In this document: piece by piece, positions 52,566 through 64,000 of the stretch
Numbering within the stretch: position 1 is the first letter of the stretch
Layout of the letters: each line of letters starts with the position of its first letter
NCBI GenBank assembly: GCA_965113315.1
Contig: OZ220368.1
DNA: 64,000 nucleotides
From: Podarcis vaucheri
Taxonomy: Eukaryota
Strand: one strand, 5' to 3'
Notes under the pieces: generated by a model
What the model was told of the DNA's origin: nothing
The model's database searches: none
Seen by the model: the letters and a program-made list of their open reading frames with translations, nothing else
Made by a program: the position numbers and the translations under genes

Positions 52566-52909
52566 GTGGCGCTGTGGGTTAAACCACAGAGCCTAGGACT
52601 TGCCGATCAGAAGGTCGGCGGTTCGAATCCCAGTGACGGGGTGAGCTCCCGTTGCTCAGTCCCTGCTCCTGCCAACCTAGCAGTTTGAAAGCACATCAAA
52701 GTGCGAGTAGATAAATAGGTACCGCTCTGGCGGGAAGGTAAACGCCATTTCCGTGCGCTGCTCTGGTTCGCCAGAAACAGCTTAGTCATGCTGGCCACAT
52801 GACCTGGAAGCTGTACGCCGGCTCCCTTGGCCAATAAAGCGAGATGAGCGCCGCAACCCCAGAGTTGGTCACGACTGGACCTAATGGTCAGGGGTCCCTT
52901 TACCTTTAC
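52566..52909 (+). mobile_element. Sauria SINE (Squam1-type)
   Basis: A box GTGGCGCTGTGG, B box GGTTCGAATCC, (ACCTTT)n tail. Confidence 0.88.
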
Positions 52910-53092
52910 TAAATTCCCCAGAAAAAATGTACATCTACAGCCTCTTCTCTAAGCCCTTTGCAGAAAGAGCAGGAGGGTGAACGCTTCTGCTGAAACTTGT
53001 CTGTTTGTTGTATGTAAGTTAGGAAAATGCTTACTTTGGTTTCAGAAACTGGCAAGAACGAAGTTCTTATGTCTCTTTCCTTTCCCTTCTAG

Positions 53093-53167
53093 CTGCTGTT
53101 CAATAGGCCATATAGCAGGACATTGGAAGCGGAAGCTGACAAAATTGGGCTTTGGTTTGCTGCTAAG
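53093..53167 (+). CDS. OMA1: OMA1 exon ([25 protein letters not shown])
   Basis: PYSR.LE.EAD motif carrying the third zinc ligand. Confidence 0.95.
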
Positions 53168-55726
53168 GTAATAATAGTTTTTGGCAACAGGATAGAAAAA
53201 GTTCCTTTGCTTCATTTTAAGTAGGCAGTGTTTTTCACAAATGGTTTTCTGTGTATAGTTGTAACACCTTTAATAAATGGGCCTTTCCCTTGCCGTCTGC
53301 TGTATTAGGGTTTTAGTCTTGTTTTAAATGTATTTGCTGTTTTTGTGTCTTTAAATGTTTTCGATTGTCTTGTGTGTAAACCGCCATGAGATGGTTGCTT
53401 CGAATGTAATTAATAAAAATGATATTATGAATAATAATTTGGGATTTCAGTATGAGGCTCATCAAAATACAAAAAATCCTTGCCAGTTCATATGGGATAA
53501 CTGTACCGCCACTGCCACCTAGTGTTAGTATTAGTATTAGAATTTATTATTAGAACACACACAAACTAGTTAGCTTGACTGCTGGGAGAGGAACAAAGTT
53601 AGTGGACCACTTATTTTCACAGACTTTTTTCATACAGTGCTGTTCACAAGACCTTTTATTCCTCTGGGTGAAAATCCATCAAGCTTCTTTCTAGGGTTGA
53701 CGATATTGCCAATGCTTATTGGTTTGTTACAATTACTTATATTTGGCCTTTGAGGATACAGAAAAGTAGGAAGCATTTACGCCCAAAGGAGAGAATGATG
53801 CTTCATCATGTACTTAAAGGGTGTCTGGATGAGGGAAAACGGCCTTGCTCATATTTATTTGCTTGTTTGCTTTTTCACCTCACTCTCCTCCATTCTGGAA
53901 ACAAGTGCAGCTTCATATAACAAATTGTTAAACCCCCCCTTCAATGAAATATAAAACATAAATAACAAATTACTCCTTTATAATAGATACCACAGCGCAG
54001 CTGCTTTATTAGCCATAGGCGCTGGCTTCTGAGGGCTGAGACACTTCCACCCCCCATGTGTTTTGTTTTTTGGAGCGGACCAGGGCACCCTCAATGTTCA
54101 GAGGGCTGCATGCACGATGTCAGGATGTCACACAACATCTCCTCAATCGCCTGGAGAAGCTGGTGCCTCTGATAAGGGCTCACATCTCCCCAGCACACAG
54201 TAATATTTATTATCCAAATGCCTGGAGCTTCTTTAACCTGGTGCGTGTGTATCTCTCAGTTCTGCGTCCAAAGCTATGGAGACCTCTAATTTGCCCTGGG
54301 TTTCAGACCATCCCAGCCTAGGAAGCTATTTGAGTACTAAGCTAAAACAAGGGAAAGGGTTAATTAGATCTTTATTGGAAAAGTATAGTTGCTGCGAAAA
54401 AATATTTGAAAAGAAATGTAACTTGAGATGAGAAATTTCAGTCTGTGAGAAAGAGACGCTTTGTAGTTGTAATACAGAACTACTTGTTCGAAAAGGGAGA
54501 AAGAGTGAAAGTGGTGGAGACCTGTGTTGCAGTTATCAACTTGAACTTGTAACAACACCAATTGAAACAGAGGACAGCCTGGTTCACATGTCACAGTGAG
54601 CCATACTGGGACCGGGTAAATGTGCTGGTTATTGGAGAGACCCAGATCTGTGGAATCAGTGCTGCTACAAATGCTTTGATTGTTAACCAAAACTCTTTAA
54701 AAAAACAACAACAACTCCTCTCTCTCTCTGTGCATTAATTCAGAGAAGTATTGGGTTTTAAGCCAAATACATATTGATTGATTTATTTAAAAATAAGCTC
54801 TTCCCTTCTTTCCTTCCGTGGCGTGTTTATTTGTCTCAAGCACTTTATAAGTCTGTTTCCATTTCATCCATTTTGCTACAGCAGCTTCTTCTTTGCCTGT
54901 AAAGGTCAAGAACTTAACCCAGATGGTTTTGCTTCTATTAGCATAATTGGTATCTCCTCCTCTTGCATTGGCATATGTGCAGAAATGCCACCTGTTCCGT
55001 TTCAAGAGTTGTTTGCATTTGCAGGCACTGTGCAGTTTCTCCATGACTCGAGTTCCAGTCTTCAATTTTTTATTTTTATTTTATAAATCAATATAGGTTG
55101 TTGTTGCTTAAAAAAACAATTTCCCAGTGTTAGTTTGCTAATGTTAAGCAGTTTTTCCTTTTACTCTTCTTTAGCATTTAGCATATGCTACAGAACCCAG
55201 TAGTTCCATAATTTTAATTTTAATTTATAACCCAGTACATGCCATTAGCAAGCTCCAGCCTTTCATTTGATATAAATGCTCATTTGTTTTCCTTTTTTCT
55301 CTTTCCCCTGGTTTTCTTCTTTAACCATGGAAGTTAAAACAGTTTCCCCTTGATCATTGATATCATAACATTTATGATACTTTGCCACTTACATTTCCCT
55401 TCTAGAAAATGTATTTTTCTGCTGCCAGCTCTGACTATTATTGTCTCAGGTCTCACCCATGTTGAGTCATTGTTTAGAGTTGCATCTGAACCAGCTCACC
55501 TGTGAACACTGAGCACTTTTTGCTCAGCCCAGAAATTAACAACTTGATTTTATTTCGTTAAGGCTGTTGCTCCCAAGAGTTTCAGAGCATTGAAGACGTA
55601 GAGAAACCTACTTATCTGTGCTTTTTCTCTGCTTTTGATGTGAAGGAAACGGCCAGTGATGTTTACAAGCATCTTAAGATTGCAGTTCAGTATCTTTCTG
55701 AGATATCACCTTCTCTTTCTTTCTAG

Positions 55727-55876
55727 GCTTGTATGGATGTAAGAGCAAGTTCTGTATTCTGGCAGAAAATGGAGCTCGCTGAGACTCTTACAGGGCAACC
55801 AAGAGTGCCAGAATGGTTTTCTACACACCCCTCCCATGAGAATCGAGCTGAGCATTTGGACAGACTTATTCCAGAG
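55727..55876 (+). CDS. OMA1: OMA1 exon ([15 protein letters not shown]...[22 protein letters not shown]); last exon not found in window
   Basis: STHP M48 motif; AG/GT borders; 150 nt. Confidence 0.95.
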
Positions 55877-56609
55877 GTGAGGTGGTTTGGGAGTTTTGGT
55901 GTCTTTAAACCGAGTATCGTTTTTCACATGTCTGTCCCATCCTTCTTTGAGTTGCCAAGGGCAGTGTGTATATATAGGATTGATTTCGCACACTCACACA
56001 CTCCAAATCTAATAGTCATTATGAGTTGCTTTCTTAGCTGCCAATTTTCTAAGACAAAGATACCGTCGAAGTACTTGCTGTATATTGCTTAGATTTACTG
56101 AAATCTATCTTGGTCCCCCCAAGCTTCAGCTTTCTCGCAGGAACAAATGTGCCTCTCTCTTCAGCAACTCCTAACCTGTTCCCGTTTCCTATTTATCATT
56201 TATACATTTGCAAACTGCTTTGTAATCTTTGCCCTCAAATGATCCTGTCATTGTTCGTATTTCAGTCTAGGGCCATACAATAATCCTATGGCAAAGGTGA
56301 GATTTGAAACCAGACCTCTTAGTCCAGGCTAAATGTTACCTAGTATTAGAGCACAAGTTTGTCTGTAAGTAATCTTAATGGAGTGCTTTAATGTGGCCTC
56401 AATCTCAATGCTTTTGGATTTTTAGCAGTGGACGCTAGTCCAGGCGATTATGAACAAGCTGTTCCTCTAAGCTTCTGTCAAATCTGCCATTTCATAGGAT
56501 TTGAGCTCAAGTGCAACTGCTTGTCTCTTGGGCCCTAACTCACAGGCACTAACTAAGAACTGTTTTGCATGCAATGTTAAACCATATTTAAACAGAAACT
56601 AATGTAGAA

Positions 56610-57398
56610 GGGACGCGGGTGGCGCTGTGGGTTAAACCACAGAGTCTAGGACTTGCAGATTAGAAGGTCGGTGGTTCAAATCCCCACGACTGGGTGAGCT
56701 CCCGTTGCTTGGTCCCTGCTCCTGCCAACCTAGCAGTTTGAAAGCACGTCACTGTACATAATGTAACTGGTGTATGTGCACAGACATGCATTTTTTAAAA
56801 AAACTAAATGGCCAATGGTATGTTTTGATCAGCTTCATATGGAGATGGGGTGGTAAAAACAAACTGGTCTGTGAAAATGCCCCATTCCTCCATGGCATGC
56901 TCCTCTAACTTTTATCTTTATATTCCAGTAAGTTATTTTGCTCTCATTGTTGAAAAACAAAAACCTTGCATACCTTATTTCATTGGATAATTTCAATGTT
57001 TTTCTTTTATCGTTGTACAACCAAGGACGATTTTATAACTTTTTTGTACATAGCTGTTACATGTAGAGCAATCTGTCTTTAAGTAGGGGTAAATTACTCT
57101 AAACAAAAATTTGATCTTGGATAGTTTTCCCTTCAAGTAAAGTGTCTTGTTGTTTAAATAAGCTTCTTGGGTTTTTTGTGTTTTTTTTAAGTGCAAGTAG
57201 ATAAATAGGTACCGCTCCGGCGGGAAGTTAAACGGTGTTTCCGTGTGCTATTCTGGTTCACCAGAAGCATCTTAGTCATGCTGGCCACAGGACCCAGAAG
57301 CTGTACGCCGGCTCCCTCGGCCAATAAAGCGAGATGAGCGCCACGACCCAAGAGTCGGCCACGACTGGACCTAATGGTCAGGGGTCCCTTTACCTTTA
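56610..57398 (+). mobile_element. Sauria SINE interrupted by a 437-bp unrelated insert (56752-57188)
   Basis: The two halves are colinear with the 52566 copy and rejoin exactly at GCACGTCA|AAGTGC. Confidence 0.88.
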
Positions 57399-59739
57399 TT
57401 GGTTAATGCAGAGCATCATGACACATGCAACTAATAAAGTGCAAACTTCACCCCTCCTCTATTCCTGCTGTTGTTGCACCGCCATGTAACAACTTGCAAA
57501 ACAACATCAAACCTTGCGTTACGTGAAATACATTTGACAAACACACAAGACGTAACCGGCTGTGCATTCACTTAAACAATACTCTTCTATATATTCTTAT
57601 CACAATATCAAATGTTTATCTTGCACATAAACAACACATAAAGTGCAATAACATAGGCAGAAGTCCCAATAAATCAGTTCATTCACAAAGACCAAATATC
57701 TGCTGGTTTCTGTTCCACATATGTTCATAAAGTCCAAACTGGAGCCTACTACAGTTCCACAGTGTTGACAAGTATTTCCGGAATACTGCCTTGTTTTGCT
57801 CTCATGGGCTTCATCAGTTGTACATATTCTAAGTAATATAAATGAATATAATGTCGTCATTCAACATATTTTAATAAATTAAAATTATATAAACAATTGT
57901 GCTATAGAAGTACATACCATATATGAAGTATCAAGATAATAGAACTTATAACATAGTGGTTTCTGCAGTGAACAACTGTTACAATGTAAGATTATATAGA
58001 CAGGCGCAGCATTGATTTTAGTTACAGGTGACAGCAATCTGCAGCTGTAAGGTTTTCTTCCTTAAGTGACCCCTTTAAAACAACAAATGTAAAACAAACT
58101 TTATACATACACAGGTGTTATACATACAAGCATTAGTAATGACTCATAGAAAGCAACTATAATCAATTTCAGTATACAAACCAGAGGGATGCAAAGAATC
58201 AGGTAGGAAAATAAATCTTGTTTCTTTTTGCGTAAGAATTTTCTTTGCTCGTTCTACAGGACCTAGATATACCCAAATTACGAAAAATGTCATCTCTTCA
58301 TCTGAATGCGACGCTTGAATGAAATGCTGTACTAAAGGAGTTGGGAAAGAGCAAAGCAAATACCTGTCTGCATTAAACTATAGGTTGTTTTTTTAAAAAA
58401 AACATTAGAGGGGGCCTTAATATTTTAGGAGTAATGTTTTCTCTTCACATTCTGGTTCTGATTTCGTGGTACTCTTGGCTTGAGTCCATACCAGTGAATC
58501 TCTGGTGCAGTAATAATACTTATTAGTGCTGCGGTCCCCAGTCTTTTGCAGCAAACATTTCCTGGACCTTGTATGCTATGTCCTGTTTGTTCTGTAATAG
58601 CAACTTTTCTCATCATAAATTGGTTTACTGTTTAGGGATGAGATGAAAACCAATTTATACAGAGCAAGTTATGTACTCCTTTTTATATATTTCTAAATAT
58701 GTTGTTTTGAAAGGCATCAGTTGACATGCTTAGTGTTTTCTTATTTTTTTTAATGAGAACAACTACCAAATCTGAAAATAGAGTGCAAATTGCAAATACA
58801 CATATTAGATGCAGAGTCTGCAAAATAATGGTGATATATAATGAAACAAATTTATACACAAATTGGCCAGTACAGACATAATCTTAGAGGGCAAGAAGAT
58901 AATTTATATTGGTTATCTTCCAGTCTCCTCTTCAGTCAAATATTTCTGTGACAGGAATAGTAAGTGGATCACTAGAAGTGTGACATGAAGGATCTTCTCA
59001 CTCTGTTCACCCTCCTAGCCAGCTGTATCTGGAAAGTTCATTAACCGTTTTTGTTGTCCTTGGATTTAGGAAGAGAGTTGTGGTTTGCATGTTGTTCTCC
59101 TTTAGAAATGGCTTGTATATTCTGTGTTTTCTTCGCTGACAGTTAAACTGGAGGTTGCTCTGCTTTATTTGGAGACATACTTCGTTTTTGTTTTATTCCA
59201 TAATGTTGCGTGTTTACATATAGATTTGCTTTTTTAACCAGTCTTTGTTCCACAAATCATAAGCTGTCTCACAGATGAGAAAACACACCATGACTCCCCA
59301 CCCCCTCCCTGAGCTTGCTTTGTTTTCGAGCTTAATGAATGTCTGGGGTGGGGTGGCTGAACAAACCATGGTTAAGCAAATTTTATGGATTTGGACATAA
59401 TGCCAAACCATAGTTAAAACAAACCATGGTTCTGTATCAACAACAAACCACAGCTTCACTTCATGTTTTGTTGGCAACTCCCATTAGCCTTTGGGCTGGA
59501 TTGAATGTTCAAACCATACGTAGGCCAAACAAACTATGGCTTAGTGTTTGCGCAAAACCGCTCAGTATAGCTTACAATTCTTACAAACTCTTTAGGATGT
59601 CAGAAATTATGATTAGGCATTTTTTATTATTATTTATTAAAATGTGTATACTAGCTTTCATCCAAGGCTAGTTCTCAGGGTGGTTCATAACATGTCTGGT
59701 ATAGTATGCTAAGGGTTGAGTCAGGCATTTGATGCTAAG

Positions 59740-60120
59740 GAGGCTGTCGATTAAGAAGTTCAGATGATCAGTAGAGAAGCTGACTCTGGAACAGAAATGC
59801 AGCCTGCTATGGATTGCGTTGTACTCCATCTGAAGTCCCATCGGGTTCAGGAGCTGGCATAGCTGCTCGATATCCAAGTGGCTGTTGCGGCTGGGAATGC
59901 CTTTGCCCAGCTTCAGCTGGTGCGCAACTTGCACCTCTTCCCTGAAGTACCAACACCTCCCACAAGAACTGGCCCAACAGTTGCCATTGATATTAGGCAG
60001 ATGCCTTATTTTTTAGCATGAGCTTCAAACATTTTTGTTTAGGCAAGTCTACCCTAGTTTTTAATTATTTGTGTTTAACTGTAAACTGCTTAGGGGTTTT
60101 GCTACAATCAAGTGGTATGT
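59740..60120 (+). mobile_element. L2 LINE ORF2 relic
   Basis: QVAVAAGNAFAQLQLVRNL resembles the L2 RT C-terminal segment; L2-like 3' tail follows. Confidence 0.55.
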
Positions 60121-60428
60121 CGCATAAGAAGAAGAAGAAGCTGTGATTGTCACCAAAAGTCCTACCCCGCATTCTGTTGCCAAGGGAGTACACTTGTCAA
60201 TGACACAAAACCAGGGCTTTTTCAGTGACAGTACCCTGGTTGTGGGACTCTCTCTTTGCAGTTCAGCTGGTCTTGCCTTTATGGCTTTTAAGCAAGCAGT
60301 CCGGACCTTTTTATTCTGCCCAGCTTTTCTTGGTTCTTAAGTGGTTGTTAATTTTTCTCTCTTGATGCTGTTTCGTATTTTTGTAGATTTGTTTTTTAAT
60401 GCTGGGGGTGGAGTGAGTCTGGGGGAAA

Positions 60429-60430
<2 letters not shown>

Positions 60431-60464
<34 letters not shown>
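60431..60464. repeat. (AG)n microsatellite
   Basis: Direct reading. Confidence 0.95.
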
Positions 60465-60473
<9 letters not shown>

Positions 60474-62879
60474 GTAGGGCCACAGTTGCTGCATATGCAC
60501 ATCCCAGTAAACCATGGTTAATGGCTTGCTGTGAGCGTGTCAATTGCTTTCACTTCATTCTTTCTCTCTAGCAAATGGGAGCAGCAAACCATAGCCCTCT
60601 GCTTACTTTTATACTTGAACCAAGGATCATGGTTTGTTGTTGTGCTCCTCACTTTATGACCAATAGTGGTCCCTTGTTTGTAAACGCAGCCATGCTGCAA
60701 CTTAACTTAAGCATCCCCTGGCTTGTGACCACAAGGCATGTGATACCTTCATCATCTTAAATACTGTGCCTTCTTTCTACAAATCTACTGATTGAACTAT
60801 ACAGCATGAGAAGAAGAAATACAGAATTTCTTAGAGATGACCTGAAGTATTTCTCCCCCCACTCCCATATATGAGAAGGGGAAATCCCAACTGTTTTCAA
60901 GCCTGTGGTATTGGAGCCTTCCAGGATTAAAAGCAAGTGCTGACTCTTGTTGAAAAGCTGTGTGATCCATTCTTCCTGCAAGGCTGACTGTTTTCAAAGC
61001 ACTGACACATTTATGTAGAGAAAAGCCATTCCTGGCTTACCTTGAGCTGTGCAGCAGGAAGTGGAAAGGGATTTTAAATTGGGCATGGGAAGGGAGGAAC
61101 ATTGGTTTTCAGGGTGGTTGGGGAGATATTTTAAAATGTAAGGTTAGGTTTCAGAGATTTAGGATGAGAAGGAAGTCAGATGGGAAATTTAACACATGGA
61201 TAGTCAAAAGGTAGAAAATGCAGAGAACCAATAATTTTAAATGCTCTTTTTGGGATGACATTAGGTTGCTGACAGACCCATGAGTAAAAAGCTCCCCGGT
61301 TAAGCAGCTGACATTAATGGCGTTAGGGAGGGGTTCCTATGAAGACGTTCATTGAATGCTCATTGTATTAATTTCAAATTAATAGTATATTAATAGCATA
61401 TATCACATAACTTCACTGCAGCTTTCAAGAAAACATCTGTGTGTTGGGTGCACAGCCATTTCCTCCTTAGAGTTGATAATGCAAAATGTGCCATATAAAA
61501 ATAAATTAATTGAAAATCCAGAGGAATGCATGCATAACTGTCTGTGCTGCTACACGTGTGTACATGAGAGAGATAGACAGGGAATAGCAGAGATATATTT
61601 CAGTTTTGTATCTCTCAGTGGTAAGATGAAGATTTTCCAAACTGTGGATTATAGCTACTTAAATTATGATGAGTGGAATGTTGAAAGCAGCTATAGTTGA
61701 TACTGAAGCCTAGGAAATACTCTGTTGTGAGCTTAAAAACACAAACAAAGCATATTTTTATTTACTGTTCTCTTTCATTTGATATCACTTTGTGAATTCC
61801 ATTCTAAACTAAGTGTTCAGTGTTTGGGGAAAGATTTTCAAAAGCAAAAAGTGGCATTTACATCTCATTGAATATTGCTATGTCGCGCTTTGTCGCTGCC
61901 TGGGAAAAGCTGTCCCTTGGGTTTCATTCACATGCCGGCCTTTTAAAAGGTAATTGTACTTCCTGGCTACCAAATCCCTAAGTAGTTGCGGTGACTTTCC
62001 CCCTACATCCATAATTAATGCAATAGTGGCATCTGCATTGGGGGTCATAAGAATATGTCACAGAACACAATATACTGATTCTGTGGGGCTGCTGCCACAA
62101 GATACTAGACAGTTGAACTTTCCATAGGCATGATTTACATGGTAGGACTTGCATCTGTCATTTTAGAAGTTCTCTCAAATGCCACAGCTCTTTCTGCTTA
62201 GAAGCTCAGGTTGTGTATGCATGTGTTTGGGGACTTACCAGTGGGAAAGAAATCGTTGCCTGGTCCCTAACAAAAATGCTACTCTACCTGGTATTTGCTA
62301 ACCCTTGTCTCAGGCTAGTTCTAGGCATTTCAGGCAAATCACATTGCTGTGTCCCTTTGCATGCCCATCCAGATTAAAGGTCAAGAAGGCGCTGTGCTGA
62401 ACCATATTAGGGTTTTGTTACAGAGGCAGGGATAAAGACACACACAGCTTCAGCCCAGTCATATCTTTCCCCTTAAATCCTCTGCAACACAAGGAATACT
62501 GTGTGCTTGGTCAAGCAGTATAGCCTGATCATGTTTACAAGTTACATGTTGATAAAATAATTTTGCCAGTGGAAACACAGCTGAGGCCTCTCTATCTTGT
62601 GACCAGGGACCACTTGCTCTGCTTTGAATTGTGCCCTTCGAGGATTGACTCTCTTTTTTCTGGCATGCCTCCTTGAACATGCCAATACAGGCAGAAATTC
62701 AACTAGAGCAGCTTTTCCTAGCAGGCCTTTTGTCTGGCTGCTTTCATGCAAGGGCTCCCAGCGACAGCAGCCCCAGGTGGGCAGTCTGGTTTTCCAAACC
62801 TCTTCCATAGGTATTCCCCAAATGTGACAAAATCCTGCTCAGCAGCTTATCTGGCATTTAGCGTAATGGTTAGAGCATA

Positions 62880-63300
62880 TAGTCAGGGCTTGTTCCAAAG
62901 CAGTGGTAATTCCATCCTAGGGTAGCAAGGATAACTTTCTGGAGCACCCACCCACTTGCTAAAGGCCATCACTGCTGAGGCCTACGCATCCCCCTTGGAT
63001 GTGGAGATATGAGCTCAGGTGGCTGCCCTGTAGATTTATTCCAGGGGGGTGTTCTTGTGGATTGCAGCTGTGGCTGCCACCCCCCCCCCAACTGAGTGGG
63101 CAGGGATCTGCAAGTGTGAGGTGTTAGCTTTGGCTCTGGGCCCTGACCATGCAGACATTCGGCAGGACTATGTCTTGATCTCTGTGGAAACTGGTGTTAA
63201 CCTTGAGTAGGACATTGGGGTCTGGTTCCAGGAGCACTTGGTTGGGATGAAAGGTTCATAGCTCCTCCTTGGCTGAATTGATACGTGCCCTAATGAGATC
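62880..63300 (-). mobile_element. DIRS-type tyrosine-recombinase retrotransposon relic
   Basis: Minus-strand fragments PFIP, AHS, AATAA and IYRAAT* fall in the order expected for the DIRS YR C-terminus (HSTR...ICRAATW). Confidence 0.5.
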
Positions 63301-64000
63301 GCCTGTGTCATTTAAAACTTTAGAATTTAAAATGACTCTCAGTTTAGCATTATGTGCAAACTAGGGATTTTAGATTTAAATAAAGAGCTATCAGTTAAGG
63401 CAGCTTCACACCCCCTGGTTTGAAGATGACTTGTTTAGAAACAGGCCTGAATACGCTGCAAGTCAGTGTCTGATTTCTTGGTAGGAAACGTGTGAATAAT
63501 TTTGGACAACATGGAAGAATAAAAGAAATGCAGATTGTACCTTTAGAGGATAGATTTTCCTCAAGACCACAAAAGGGGAGGGAAGTGTTAAATACCCCCT
63601 CTGTATTGGTGTGATCCCTAAAATAATCACCCCCCCCCCAAAATGCTATCTGCCTATTTAAAAACCTGCATGTTAAACTCAAAGGCACTTCTTTATTTAG
63701 GGGCCAGTGGTGTAAATAGTCTGTCCCTGTTTGACAGGAGTAGGACATAAAGGTAATCTTAAAACAAAACAACACAGTATAATTGTCCAGTGTTCTGAAG
63801 CACAAGTATTGGCTATAAAGTATGCTCCAGGTTTTAGATAATTTATGGAGAAGCCGCTTGCTCTGTACAAACATCACTCATTCTCAGTCCAGATTTCACG
63901 TTGCTTGTGACACAGACAAACTCAAAGGTAAATATTTTACTAGCTGGTATAATTGAATTGGCCTTGAAACTGCACGGGGCTAGAAAACCTAACATTTTCA

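Noticed and set aside
52566-52640. tRNA gene
   Set aside because: The A and B boxes belong to a SINE head that continues into SINE body and tail.
56490-56540. Possible OMA1 last exon (FELKCNCLSLGP*)
   Set aside because: Only the CNC tripeptide matches the expected C-terminus, the nearest AG is out of frame, and it is too short. The true last exon is probably beyond the window.

Overview
Vertebrate nuclear DNA, most likely a squamate; the SINE content suggests a lacertid lizard. Three genes lie on the + strand in the order known from the human 1p32 block. (1) MYSM1: the last 18 coding exons (1-15538); the 5' end lies left of the window. (2) TACSTD2/Trop2: an intact intronless retrogene (26615-27541). 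(3) OMA1: a CpG-island promoter (~37560-38330) and 7 coding exons (40796-55876); the last exon was not found and probably lies right of the window. Introns and intergenic DNA hold Sauria-type and Squam3-like SINEs, CR1 and L2 fragments, TA-flanked Tc1/mariner-pogo MITEs, hAT-like MITEs, two solo LTRs, a DIRS relic and a Penelope-like remnant. Most notable observations: a U12 (minor-spliceosome) intron in MYSM1; a decayed second copy of the Trop2/EpCAM transmembrane-plus-tail coding segment about 250 bp upstream of the TACSTD2 start; a 106-bp palindrome carrying a minimal hammerhead ribozyme on each strand next to the OMA1 promoter; and a 437-bp 3'UTR-like sequence inserted cleanly, without TSD or poly(A), into a SINE in an OMA1 intron. 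I see no new multi-gene system. All calls come from manual reading, with no database searches.
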